A stretch of DNA of 64,000 nucleotides from an uncultured Spartobacteria bacterium (lineage in GTDB: Bacteria > Verrucomicrobiota > Verrucomicrobiia > Chthoniobacterales > Chthoniobacteraceae): contig CAIYUV010000236.1 in NCBI GenBank assembly GCA_903929475.1, positions 12,573-76,572 on the forward strand. The letters are read 5' to 3'. A model generated the notes under the pieces. The model was not told the DNA's origin, made no database searches, and saw nothing but the letters and a program-made list of their open reading frames with translations. This document shows positions 1 through 9,355 of the stretch, piece after piece; position 1 is the stretch's first letter; every line of letters starts with the position of its first letter. Both the position numbers and the translations under genes were made by a program.

Positions 1-303
1 GCGGACGACGATGTCTATTTTCGGCCCGGCGATGGTGTTGACGAGCTGGACGGAGACGGGCGGGAGCGGCTTGTCGGGGTCGGCGGGCTCGATGGTGATA
101 ACGATGGGAAATTTTCCGTAGTCGGTTTCGTGAAGGACGCGGAGCACATCGGCTTTAATTTCATCGGCGGCGCTGACGACGCGGGAGCGGACTTCGCGGT
201 CGTCGCAATATACGATGAATTGACCGCTGCTGCTCGTGCTGCGGTTTCTCAAATCCACCGCCCGCCCGGATGTCGCGAGTAGCAGCGCGAGGAGAATAAA
301 CAT
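1..303 (-). CDS. hypothetical exported protein, C-terminal part outside the window (partial)
   Basis: ATG at 303-301 on the minus strand, then hydrophobic leader MFILLALLLATSGRAV. Frame stays open to nt 1. Absent from the ORF track because there is no stop inside the window. Confidence 0.45.
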   Translation of the reverse strand, partial: MFILLALLLATSGRAVDLRNRSTSSSGQFIVYCDDREVRSRVVSAADEIKADVLRVLHETDYGKFPIVITIEPADPDKPLPPVSVQLVNTIAGPKIDIVVR

Positions 304-326
304 GCAACCCCTGACGCGGTGCGATT

Positions 327-1091
327 TCACGGGAGCGGCTTTGTGGTGAAGGTGATGGTCCCTTCGCCGACAGTCACATTCGCGAGGCGTCCGAGCAGCT
401 TGGCGTCTTCGTTGAATGCTTTGAGGACTATGCCGATGACAAAATCACCGAGCGCCTTTGCCCTCGGATCCACGCCCAGACGACCGAAGCGCATGCTGGC
501 AACCTCCGCTGTGAACACGCCGTTTTTTACGACCGGGCGATACGAAACGCTGCTATACATGGGCATGTCCCACATGCTGCGCTGCACGGTGATCGTGATG
601 ATGCCCGGCTCGCAATGGACGAATGTGCGATCGAATTTGTAGCCGGGCACCGAGGACTCGCCGCTTTTAATGGTGCGTGCGAGGTCGTAGTTGATCTGCG
701 CGTCGGTGAGCGTTGTGGAACTGGAAGATCTGGCCGACATAGCGTTTCTCCACTCGTCGTTGGCGTAGCTCAAGGGTATTTCATCGGGTTTCAAAGGCGG
801 AACGAAGTCCGGCTTCTGCCAATATAAAAAGAGGGCTGCAACCACGGCTGCGAAGACGATGATTTTCAAAAAAATTACTGCATCGCGACGGAGCCAGCCC
901 CGGTTCGGATTCATCAATTTTTTAACGCGCTTCTGGGTCTGATCGGGAGCTTCGTAGTCCTTTTCCTCCTCGGGTTTTGGGAGCACTGAGCGGTCGAGCT
1001 TTTCTCCGCAGTTATGACAATACACACGCTCTGCCTCGTTCGGGTGTTTGCACGAGGCGCATGTCAGGGAAATATCTTTGTCTTTGGGCAT
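327..1091 (-). CDS. zinc-ribbon membrane protein, function unknown
   Basis: 254-aa ORF. N-terminal double CxxC (CASCKHPNEAERVYCHNCG), one TM segment (VIFLKIIVFAAVVAALFLYW) and a large C-terminal domain. Confidence 0.6.
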   Translation of the reverse strand: MPKDKDISLTCASCKHPNEAERVYCHNCGEKLDRSVLPKPEEEKDYEAPDQTQKRVKKLMNPNRGWLRRDAVIFLKIIVFAAVVAALFLYWQKPDFVPPLKPDEIPLSYANDEWRNAMSARSSSSTTLTDAQINYDLARTIKSGESSVPGYKFDRTFVHCEPGIITITVQRSMWDMPMYSSVSYRPVVKNGVFTAEVASMRFGRLGVDPRAKALGDFVIGIVLKAFNEDAKLLGRLANVTVGEGTITFTTKPLP

Positions 1092-1102
1092 GCTGTGGAG
1101 TG

Positions 1103-1417
1103 TCAGTCGGTTTTGGCAGCGGCTTTTTGTGCCGTGTCAGCCGGCTTTGATTCGGTCTTTTTGATGGACGATGAATCACCAGAATCCTTTTTTGCCGCGC
1201 TCTTGTAGCCTTCGCTGCGGTAGTCGGTGATGTAAAAACCGCTGCCTTTGAAAATAAGCCCGGCACCTCCCCCAAGCAGGCGCGTGACCTTCCCTTTGCC
1301 CCACTTTCTCATGCGGCAGAGTTCCTTCGGGCAGACTGTGAAAGCGTCGTCCTTCATGGACTGTGTGCAGTCGAAATTTTTCCGGCACTTGGCGCATTCA
1401 TACTCGTAGGTGGGCAT
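1103..1417 (-). CDS. FmdB/CxxC_CxxC_SSSS family zinc-ribbon protein
   Basis: Starts MPTYEYECAKCRKNF, with a second Cys pair CPKELC and a Gly-rich tail (LLGGGAGLIFKGSGFYITDYR) typical of this family. Confidence 0.8.
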   Translation of the reverse strand: MPTYEYECAKCRKNFDCTQSMKDDAFTVCPKELCRMRKWGKGKVTRLLGGGAGLIFKGSGFYITDYRSEGYKSAAKKDSGDSSSIKKTESKPADTAQKAAAKTD

Positions 1418-1493
1418 GGTGTGTTCTTAAAAGTCGGCTTGTTATAGCAGACGACACGCCGTGTGCAACCGCTGCGGATGCCCGTGGCAAATG

Positions 1494-1901
1494 CTAACAG
1501 CTTTTATCGGAACTGATGATCACATCCCGGAGAACAACTGCGGCCTTCGCGTTGTCATTGGCGACGAGTGTGGCGATGCTGACATTGCCAGTGCGGCGGA
1601 CGATGTGCATGGAGCGCAGGTCGATCCCGGCTTCTTTTAAACGGATGGCGATGGTGGCCAGTGCGCCGGGTTTGTCTTCGAGGCGGATGAGCAAAGTATC
1701 CTGCGTGACGGCCCGGTAGCCCGCGTCGCGGAGGGCGCGGAGGGCGTCGTCGTATTTGTCCACGGTGAGTGAGATGAGTCCGTCGGCACCGTGGCTTTCC
1801 ACGTCGAAATCCTCGATGTTCACGCCGTGTTTCGCCAGCGCCTCGGTGATGAGCGCGAGCTGGCCGGGTTGATTGGGGACTAGCACGGTGAGCTGTTTCA
1901 T
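1494..1901 (-). CDS. ACT domain-containing protein
   Basis: 135 aa with two ACT-like halves (MKQLTVLVPNQPGQLALITEAL and LLIRLEDKPGALATIAIRL). Its ATG overlaps the hdc stop (ATGA at 1898-1901). Confidence 0.75.
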   Translation of the reverse strand: MKQLTVLVPNQPGQLALITEALAKHGVNIEDFDVESHGADGLISLTVDKYDDALRALRDAGYRAVTQDTLLIRLEDKPGALATIAIRLKEAGIDLRSMHIVRRTGNVSIATLVANDNAKAAVVLRDVIISSDKSC

Positions 1902-3043
1902 AGGGCTTTTTCCTTGGTGATGGCTGCTGCGAAGTCTGCGGCAAATTCCTCGATGATGTCCTCGGTCACGTGCGGCAGCGTGATGATGTGGGCGATGCCT
2001 TTACGCGGTGCGATGACCCATTTCCGCATCAGTTCGGCGGGTGGACGGGGAAAAACCACAGTAATCGAATGAGGATGCCGCCATGCCTCGATGCCGTGTT
2101 TTGCCAACGCAGCAATTGCGTAGTCTGCGAGAGAGAGCGTGCGCTGGACGAGCGCGCGGCAACCTTCCTGCCCAAGCGTGCGGAGACGATACCACAGATA
2201 GAGAGGTGCGATGGCGCTGCGTGAACCGGCGATGGTTGTATCGAGCGCGCCGATGTATTCGATGCTACGGGAGATGCGCTCGACTTGCTCCTTTCGCGCC
2301 AGCACGACGCCACAGGGCAGGGGTGAACCGAGGAACTTGTGCCCTGAGATGGAGACGCTGTCCGCTCCATCTGCAAAATCCCATGGTGGTGCCCCGTTGA
2401 CGAAAGGCAGAATCATTCCACTGAGCGCGGCATCGGCGTGAATGTAGGCGTTAGTGATGGCGAACTCGTCGAGGATGCTGCGGATGGTCGCGAGGTTGTC
2501 GCACGCACCCTTCATCGTGGTGCCGATGTTGGCGAAAATGATGGGTGGCACGTCGCGATGGATACGCAGCGTTTCGCGCAAATCGTCATAGTCCATTTCA
2601 CCACTCGGTTGCGATTTTAGCATGATGCTGCGCGTGTGCTGGAGTCGCAGCACCTTCGCCACCGAGTAGTGCGTATCTTCGCTGAAATAGCAGATGCCCT
2701 CCGGCAGCAATTCACGCGCGACGTAGAGCCCATACATATTTCCCTCCGTCCCGCCGGCGGTGACGTAACCCCACCACGCATCGCGCGGCGCACGGGTAAA
2801 TTGCGCAAAGTCCGCGAGCACCTCGCGTTCAAAGTCATGCGTGTTCAGCGGGATGTTCGAGCCGCCGAATGGATCGCCAACGTTGTTTAGCGCAAATGCA
2901 AGAAAGGGCGTAAGGGCGGAGTAGTCGAAATCCTGATTGCACGGATACCCCACAAAATAGCGCCGCAGTCCGGTCAGCCGTTCGAGCAGTGTATCGAGCT
3001 TGTGCTGGTCATCGGCAGAGAGCGTTGGGCGCACGGAGTTCAC
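1898..3043 (-). CDS. hdc: pyridoxal-dependent histidine decarboxylase
   Basis: 381 aa, collinear by eye with Gram-negative PLP-type HDC. Motifs: TAGGTEGN, DTHYSVAK, IIFANIGTT, HADAALSGMILPF and the PLP-lysine motif SISGHKFLGSPLPCG. Start codon is GTG. Confidence 0.85.
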   Translation of the reverse strand: MNSVRPTLSADDQHKLDTLLERLTGLRRYFVGYPCNQDFDYSALTPFLAFALNNVGDPFGGSNIPLNTHDFEREVLADFAQFTRAPRDAWWGYVTAGGTEGNMYGLYVARELLPEGICYFSEDTHYSVAKVLRLQHTRSIMLKSQPSGEMDYDDLRETLRIHRDVPPIIFANIGTTMKGACDNLATIRSILDEFAITNAYIHADAALSGMILPFVNGAPPWDFADGADSVSISGHKFLGSPLPCGVVLARKEQVERISRSIEYIGALDTTIAGSRSAIAPLYLWYRLRTLGQEGCRALVQRTLSLADYAIAALAKHGIEAWRHPHSITVVFPRPPAELMRKWVIAPRKGIAHIITLPHVTEDIIEEFAADFAAAITKEKAL

Positions 3044-3086
3044 AACTGGACCTTACTCCCCTTCCTCACCGCCAGCAACCGCGCCC

Positions 3087-3848
3087 TTACTTCGTCGGTG
3101 AGTAATCTGTCGCCTGCATGAAAACCGATATCACACCGTCCGGCACGGTGAGCGAGCCGCCGGCAGCCTTTTCGCTCTCAGCTTTTACCGCAATCCACAC
3201 CGGGTCGGCGCGGAACGCCTCAAACGACGCTTTCGCCGCTGCGGCATCCTTGTGTGCAAGGAGATAGACGAGCCTGTTCTCTGAGTCCTTTTGATCCGGC
3301 ATCGGCGTCCAGTAGAAAAGATTCGTCATCCCATGCTTCGCGAAAAGTGCAGTGGTGTGCTCGCGGAAACGAGACAGCAAGCGCGGCAGATTGCCCGGCG
3401 TGGTCGTGTAAGTGCGCAACTCGAAAATACGCGGTGCGGCGCTACCCGGTTTGATTTCGGGAGAAAAATCCGTCGCGCCCAGGAAAGCGCTTTCCACTTT
3501 TGCGACGAGTTTTCCCTCCACCTCGCTGGCCTTGCAGGCGGACTGCCAGTCCGGGTCGGCCATGAATTCCTTCCACGACTTTTCGCGCGCATCGCGGCTC
3601 GGGTAGGCGAGCACATAGACGAGCTTCGACTCGGGATTTTCTAGCGGTGTCCAGTATCCGAGATTGGTCATGCAGTGCTTTTCAAAAAGCGCGCAGGTAT
3701 GTTCGCGGAAGCGCTTGTGCAGCGCATCGAGCTTGCCCGGCGCGGCGAAATACGTGCGCATCTCAAAGCAGCGAGTGTCCTTTTCGGCGGCGATAGCTGG
3801 AAGTGCAGAGGCGATGGTGATCATGGCGAGGAAAGTGCGGCGGTTCAT
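3087..3848 (-). CDS. NIPSNAP family protein with twin-arginine leader
   Basis: Two NIPSNAP-like halves (FEMRTYFAAPGKL and FELRTYTTTPGNL). Leader MNRRTFLAMITIASALPAIAA starts from the ATG at 3848; the track ORF extends to 3890. Confidence 0.7.
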   Translation of the reverse strand: MNRRTFLAMITIASALPAIAAEKDTRCFEMRTYFAAPGKLDALHKRFREHTCALFEKHCMTNLGYWTPLENPESKLVYVLAYPSRDAREKSWKEFMADPDWQSACKASEVEGKLVAKVESAFLGATDFSPEIKPGSAAPRIFELRTYTTTPGNLPRLLSRFREHTTALFAKHGMTNLFYWTPMPDQKDSENRLVYLLAHKDAAAAKASFEAFRADPVWIAVKAESEKAAGGSLTVPDGVISVFMQATDYSPTK

Positions 3849-3899
3849 TTCAGACTCATCGTTTTTGTTGCGCACGAGTGCAACTCCCATTCACGCGTG

Positions 3900-4946
3900 C
3901 TATCCGAGTTGCAGCACTTGTGAGTTGCTGAAATTGGGCATCCATTCGAGGTGCGTGGTAGTGATGATTTTTTGCGCGCCATCCGGCAGCGCAGCGAGCA
4001 ATGCGTTGCGGCGCGCGGGATCGAGTTCGCCGAAGATGTCATCGAGCAGCAGCACCGGCGGCGGACCAAAATGATGCTCCAGCAGTCTCGCTGCACCGAG
4101 CTTCAGCGCGAGCACCAGCGTGCGTTGCTGGCCCTCGCTCGCGTCGTCGCTCGGGAGGTTGTTGAGTAAAAACCGCACATCATCGCGATGCGGGCCGGTC
4201 GTCGTCTGGCGAAGTCGCGCGTCCTCCGTCTTCGCTGCGGCTAGGGCGGCGGCGAAATCTCCAGCGTCACCGCGCGCGTATTCCATCCGCAGTGACTCGC
4301 GCTTTCCGCTGATAGCGTGATGCGCGCTGTCGGCCTCGCCTTGCAACTCCTCGATCAACGCCGCACGCGCCGCACTCACCGTGTTGCCGTGTTCGATGAG
4401 TGGAGCATCAAAAGCCGCAATTTCCCGCCAGCGCGGCGATGGCTGCTTCAGCAGATGATTGCGCGACCGCAGCGCGTGCTCGAACGCCCGCAGCGATGGG
4501 CGATACGTCGCGTCCCGCTGCAATGCCACGAAATCGAGAAAGCGCCGCCTTTTCTCCGCCGAGCCCCGCACCAGCTCGATGTCGTCATTGCCGAACCACA
4601 TCACCCGTGCGATTTGCAGCCATTCGCGCGCCCCCGCCAGCTCCACGCCGTCGAGTGCCAGCTTCTTGCGCTGCGTGCCGTAGTAAAATTGCAGATGCCG
4701 TGCGCCAAAGTAACCATCGGTCACAAAGCCGCGCCGCCCGTGCTGCACCACGCGCGCGAGCTGCGACACGCGCGGCGATTGCAGTCGCAGCAGGATGCAC
4801 ACAGCCTCCAGCAGCGAAGTCTTCCCGTGCGCATTCGGCCCGATGATGAAATTCACGCCCGGCGCAAACTCCGCCTCAAACTGCTCAAAGCAGCGGAAGT
4901 GGCGTAGTTGCAGTCGCGAGATAGAAATGTTGGCGTTGGAATTCAT
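3900..4946 (-). CDS. recF: DNA replication and repair protein RecF
   Basis: 348 aa. N-terminus ISRLQLRHFRCF, Walker A GPNAHGKTS, and C-terminal LLLDDIFGELD. Confidence 0.9.
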   Translation of the reverse strand: MNSNANISISRLQLRHFRCFEQFEAEFAPGVNFIIGPNAHGKTSLLEAVCILLRLQSPRVSQLARVVQHGRRGFVTDGYFGARHLQFYYGTQRKKLALDGVELAGAREWLQIARVMWFGNDDIELVRGSAEKRRRFLDFVALQRDATYRPSLRAFEHALRSRNHLLKQPSPRWREIAAFDAPLIEHGNTVSAARAALIEELQGEADSAHHAISGKRESLRMEYARGDAGDFAAALAAAKTEDARLRQTTTGPHRDDVRFLLNNLPSDDASEGQQRTLVLALKLGAARLLEHHFGPPPVLLLDDIFGELDPARRNALLAALPDGAQKIITTTHLEWMPNFSNSQVLQLG

Positions 4947-5150
4947 GCCTGTCTGCCGGTGTCATTGTATGGAACGCATTGGCTGATTGCTGCACATAGC
5001 TGGTCACGATTTCTCGCGCGAAGTGAAAAACTAGCAGTTCAGCGAACGGATCGAACTCCGACTAAAAACCGAAAAGTAAATAATCTGTTTCTCGCCGTTT
5101 CTTGGGACATGGTTTCTTGACGCAGTATCGGCATCCGGCAACGTTCGCGC

Positions 5151-5951
5151 ATGAACTTTCACTCCCTAACCCGCCCCGGTTTTGTTTTCTCCCGCATCAC
5201 CATTGCAGCCGCAGTGCTGCTGATGCCGTTTGCTGGCTGCAAGAAGGCGCCGGTGGAAAAGCCGACGCGTCCGGTCAACATCCATCTCGAAGCGCAGATT
5301 TTCCGGCTGCCGCGTTCCGTGGCATTTACAATGGTGCTCAACCAGCCGAAGAACACGGACTACACCGCCGTTCTCAAGCAAGTGCAGGCGCTCGTCGCCG
5401 AGAAGAAGGCGACGCTGATTGCCACACCCTCAATGAGCACGCAGAGCGGAAACAGGGCTGTCGTGGAATCTCATACTGAGTTTCGCTACGCGACGGAATT
5501 CCAGACACCGCAAATTCCGCAGCAGGTGGGTGGCAGTGGCAGTGGCGCACTTGAGCCTCCTCCCAAAAAAATAACAACGACGAAAACGACGACTACCTCC
5601 GTGACCGTTGAGACAAATGCAGGCTTCCCTATGACTCCGACGACGCCAACATCCTTTGAAACAAGGAATCTTGGTATATCGCTCGAATGCGAGCCCGTTT
5701 ATGAGAAGGAATTCGACACGATTACCTTCCAGGTGGCGCCCCAGATTGTTGAGCTTGAACAGATGCTCAAATTTCCGACCGAGAAAGGCGGGGTGATTGA
5801 ACAGCCTATATTTTACGAGGAAAAGATTACTACCAACGTGACCATCAAAAACGGCGGAACCGCGTTCCTCGGCACGATGGAGCCGGACAAGACATTGAAC
5901 AAAAATGAGGATATGACCGACGTGGTCTTCTTCCGCGCAGCGACCTGGTGA
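5151..5951 (+). CDS. hypothetical lipoprotein
   Basis: 266 aa with a lipobox-type leader (AAVLLMPFAGC) and a Thr-rich linker (KKITTTKTTTTSVTV). No family recognised. Visibly lower G+C than the flanks. Confidence 0.55.
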   Translation: MNFHSLTRPGFVFSRITIAAAVLLMPFAGCKKAPVEKPTRPVNIHLEAQIFRLPRSVAFTMVLNQPKNTDYTAVLKQVQALVAEKKATLIATPSMSTQSGNRAVVESHTEFRYATEFQTPQIPQQVGGSGSGALEPPPKKITTTKTTTTSVTVETNAGFPMTPTTPTSFETRNLGISLECEPVYEKEFDTITFQVAPQIVELEQMLKFPTEKGGVIEQPIFYEEKITTNVTIKNGGTAFLGTMEPDKTLNKNEDMTDVVFFRAATW

Positions 5952-6029
5952 ACTGAGCGCTCGGGCGAATCGCGGCCCGCAACTCTCCTCTTGGCGCGGG
6001 GCTTGTGACTGCCGATAGTCCGCGCCACG

Positions 6030-6854
6030 ATGCAAACACTGCCCACTTATCGAGTCGGTTCCTGCCTTCGAACCGTGTTCCTAACGGTGCTGCTCTGTAT
6101 TTTTTCAAGCAGGGCAATTTTGGTGTCCGCAGTAGGTGCAGAGGATGCGCCGCAGCATTCCATCACCTTGGATGCTGGATCGGGTCCGTTTGTGTTCGAT
6201 CGCTCTATCCCGTTGAAAGTGAGTTATCGCAATCGAGGGAAGGAGCCATGGGTGATTCCGACCCCGCAGGAGTCCATTTCCGCACATGTGGTGTTTGGTC
6301 ATGTGGGAACTGGGAAGGCCGTGCAAGGCTATGGTTTGGGACTGATTTCTTCAGCAACTGTTAAAATGCCGAGTGGCATTACTGAGACGGCGTTTATTAT
6401 ACCAAACCCAAAGCCTCTCACCATTATGCCAGAGCAGAGTTACGATTTTGAAGTGCCAGTTCAAAGAAGCTGGACTGGTGATTTAGTGCCGGGGCGCTGG
6501 GATGTCTGGATTGATGACGAAGGGCTGAAGCTGAAATCGAATGTGCTGGAGGTTCCACTCATATTCACCGCCGAATCCGTCAGGCTTTGTCAGCAGCGGG
6601 CGGCGGACGAAAAAGTTCACTTGTATGAGCGCAAGTCCCACTTCGCATGGTTGCAGAAGATTATGCCCGGACTGACGATGCGCTGGACACAAGAGAATCC
6701 ACCGGAAGAGGAGCGCATGAAAATGGAGAACGAATTGAAGCGGAAACTTCATGAATTCGACCTCTTTCTGGCGGGGAAAGGTAATGAACAGACGATTCAA
6801 ATCTCAATTGATGGCATCAACTTGCTGGCGAATGTCTGGGAGGACAAGAAGTAG
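6030..6854 (+). CDS. hypothetical exported protein (orphan)
   Basis: 274 aa with a hydrophobic leader and no recognisable family. Visibly lower G+C. Its first five codons and 5' flank duplicate those of hisS. Confidence 0.55.
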   Translation: MQTLPTYRVGSCLRTVFLTVLLCIFSSRAILVSAVGAEDAPQHSITLDAGSGPFVFDRSIPLKVSYRNRGKEPWVIPTPQESISAHVVFGHVGTGKAVQGYGLGLISSATVKMPSGITETAFIIPNPKPLTIMPEQSYDFEVPVQRSWTGDLVPGRWDVWIDDEGLKLKSNVLEVPLIFTAESVRLCQQRAADEKVHLYERKSHFAWLQKIMPGLTMRWTQENPPEEERMKMENELKRKLHEFDLFLAGKGNEQTIQISIDGINLLANVWEDKK

Positions 6855-6996
6855 GTAAAATCCGGCGAACCGCACAGCCGGAAAGGAATGGCTCACGGTA
6901 ATTCGCCCATTTCACCATGGCGTCCGCCGCAAATCCGCGCGCGAAGTGAAAAACGCGCTTTCGCAAATGCGCCGTGCCGCTAGCCTCCGCGCCCCG

Positions 6997-8265
6997 ATGC
7001 AAACATTGCCAGGATTCCGCGACTTTTTTCCCGACGACTGCGCACGCAGGAACTACATCCTCGATACATGGCGGGCGGTCGCGCGCCGCTATGGCTTCAC
7101 GGAATACGACGGGCCGGTCGTCGAGTCGCTCGCGCTTTATGAAAAGAAGAGCGGCGGCGAACTGGTCGGCCAGCTTTTCACCGTGGGCGCGCTCGCCGAT
7201 CCCGGAGCCGCGAAGGGCGCGCTGCGGCCCGAGATGACGCCGACGCTCGCACGCATGGTCGCGGCGCGGGAGCGCGATTTCAAAAAGCCGATGAAGTGGT
7301 TTTCCGTGCCGAGTTGCTTCCGCCACGAACGTCAGCAACGCGGAAGGCTGCGTGAATTTTACCAGCTCAACGTGGACATCCTCGGCGAGGCGTCGCCCGC
7401 TGCGGACGCGGAGTTGATCGCCGTGCTCGTGGACACGCTGCGCGCGTTTGCGCTCACAGAGCGGGATTTTGTCGTGCGCCTCAGCAGCCGCACCGCGTGG
7501 CAGCAGTTTTTCATTCAAAATGCGAAGCGCTCCGACGGAGCCGCGCCCACTGCCGAGGACGAATACGAGTTTTTCCAAATCGTGGACAAAGCCGAGCGCG
7601 CCTCGCCGGAGAAGACCGATGCAGCGCTCGCGAAGTTTGGTCTCAATGCCGCGCAGGTGCTCGCTTTCATGCGCAGCAAGGAGCCGACTGCCGAGCTTGC
7701 GCCGATTCTCGCCGACCTCACTGCGCGTGGACTCGGGGCGTTCGTGGAGGTGGACTATGCCATCGTGCGCGGCCTCGCCTACTACACTGGCGTGGTTTTC
7801 GAGGTCTTTGATCGCGCCAAGACCGAGCGCGCTCTCGCCGGTGGCGGGCGCTACGACGGGCTGCTCGCGCTGATGAGCGACGGCAAGGTGAACATGCCCG
7901 CGCTAGGCTTCGGCATGGGCGACGTGGTGCTCGCCAACATGCTCGCCGACACGCCCGCAGCGAAGTCGCAACTTGAAGCGTGGCTCGCGCGTGAGCGTTC
8001 GTGCGAGGTGTATGTCGTCATCGCGAAGGAAGAGCTGCGCCCGCAAGCACTCGCGCTCGTGCAGGAGTTGCGCGAAGCCGGGCATCGCGTGGATTTCCCG
8101 CTCACTGCGGCGAAGGTCGGCAAGCAATTCCAGAACGCCGAGAACCTCGGTGCGCGTCGTGCCGTTGTCATCGGCGAAGAGTGGCCGCAGATGAAAGTGA
8201 AGACGCTCGCCACGCGCGAGGAAGTGCTGGTCGCACGCGAAAATCTCGTGTCGCAACTCGGCTGA
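6997..8265 (+). CDS. hisS: histidine--tRNA ligase
   Basis: Class II aaRS/HisRS features: MQTLPGFRDFFP, LRPEMTPTLARM, FRHERQQRGRLREFYQ, GGGRYDGL. ATG at 6997 is preferred over the GTG at 6946 used by the track. Confidence 0.9.
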   Translation: MQTLPGFRDFFPDDCARRNYILDTWRAVARRYGFTEYDGPVVESLALYEKKSGGELVGQLFTVGALADPGAAKGALRPEMTPTLARMVAARERDFKKPMKWFSVPSCFRHERQQRGRLREFYQLNVDILGEASPAADAELIAVLVDTLRAFALTERDFVVRLSSRTAWQQFFIQNAKRSDGAAPTAEDEYEFFQIVDKAERASPEKTDAALAKFGLNAAQVLAFMRSKEPTAELAPILADLTARGLGAFVEVDYAIVRGLAYYTGVVFEVFDRAKTERALAGGGRYDGLLALMSDGKVNMPALGFGMGDVVLANMLADTPAAKSQLEAWLARERSCEVYVVIAKEELRPQALALVQELREAGHRVDFPLTAAKVGKQFQNAENLGARRAVVIGEEWPQMKVKTLATREEVLVARENLVSQLG

Positions 8266-8307
8266 GCCAGCGCATATGGTGATACGTCGCGCTGCGTGAT
8301 GAAGGGA

Positions 8308-8534
8308 GAACGCCAACGGCGTTTCATCAATCAGCCCAGGGTTGCGAGGCACGAGCTACCCTGGGTCTTCGGTATAAAATGCCAACAACCCTGAAGGGGT
8401 TGCAGCGATCGTCTTCGCCTCGCTGCGGGCTGAAACCCTTTCAGGGTTTTGTTCTGTTTTGTTATCGGACCCAGGGTAGGCGCTCCTTTGTCGCGCCAAC
8501 CGCTGGGCTGAATGATGAAACGCCGTTGGCGTTC
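8308..8534. repeat. 227-bp nested palindromic (REP/MITE-like) element
   Basis: Terminal arms gaacgccaacggcgtttcatc (8308-8328) and gatgaaacgccgttggcgttc (8514-8534) are exact reverse complements. Inner arms (cagcccaggg...ccctggg) also pair, and central small hairpins are caaccctgaaggggttg and aaaccctttcagggttt. Confidence 0.75.
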
Positions 8535-8572
8535 TTGCTCCTCGAAGATTCGTGGGGAGCGCGGCGACTGGA

Positions 8573-9355
8573 TCAGCGCTGCGCCATCTCCGCAGCGAGT
8601 TTGGGGCCGATGCTGCGAGGGCCGAGCGGGCGGCCTTCGAGCGTGGAGACGGGCATCACGCCGAGCCAGGAGTTCGTGAGGAAAATCTCGTCCGCCTTCA
8701 ACACATCCTCGCGGCGCAGTCGGCGCTCGGTGACTTTACGGCGGGCGATGACCCACTCGCGAACCACGCCCAGTCTGCACCCGGACGCGCGCGATGGCGT
8801 GAGCACACGTTCGCCGTGAACGAGGAAAACATTGGCGCAACACGCGGAGATCAGCTCGGCGTGGTCGTTGAAAATGAGCGCCTCATCGAGCTTGCGGGCG
8901 CGGGCCTGCGCGAGCACGTCGCAATTGAACCAATAGTTCGCCGTCTTCAATCCGCTGAAAAGCGGGCGGTGGTTGTCATCATGAAAACCGATGTCCCAGC
9001 TATCCTCCTTCTCCGGCTCACGCGGCTCGATGAATAGAAAAACGCGGGGAGCATTCGCCGGTGCGGATGGCGAGCCGTCGCCCGCCGTCACGTAGATGCG
9101 CGCGAAGCCATCCATCCCCGCCGTTTCAAAAACCTCCTGCGCGGCGGCGATGGTATTTTCCTCCACGGAAAAATCCCGTTCCGCACACGCGGCGAGCAAT
9201 CGTTGTTGATGCTGCGTCCAAAAATCCGCCCGTCCATCCCGCACCCGCACACTCTCGAAAAGCGACATGCCGTAGCGAAAACCACGGTCGCTCAGCGGCA
9301 GGCTGTCCGCCGGCTCGAAGACGTTCCCATTCCAAAGCCATCCCTTAATCACCAT
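8573..9355 (-). CDS. fold-type IV PLP enzyme (aminodeoxychorismate lyase / class IV aminotransferase)
   Basis: 260 aa. Catalytic-lysine context FSGLKTANY and C-terminal EIFLTNS. Subfamily cannot be separated by eye. Confidence 0.75.
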   Translation of the reverse strand: MVIKGWLWNGNVFEPADSLPLSDRGFRYGMSLFESVRVRDGRADFWTQHQQRLLAACAERDFSVEENTIAAAQEVFETAGMDGFARIYVTAGDGSPSAPANAPRVFLFIEPREPEKEDSWDIGFHDDNHRPLFSGLKTANYWFNCDVLAQARARKLDEALIFNDHAELISACCANVFLVHGERVLTPSRASGCRLGVVREWVIARRKVTERRLRREDVLKADEIFLTNSWLGVMPVSTLEGRPLGPRSIGPKLAAEMAQR

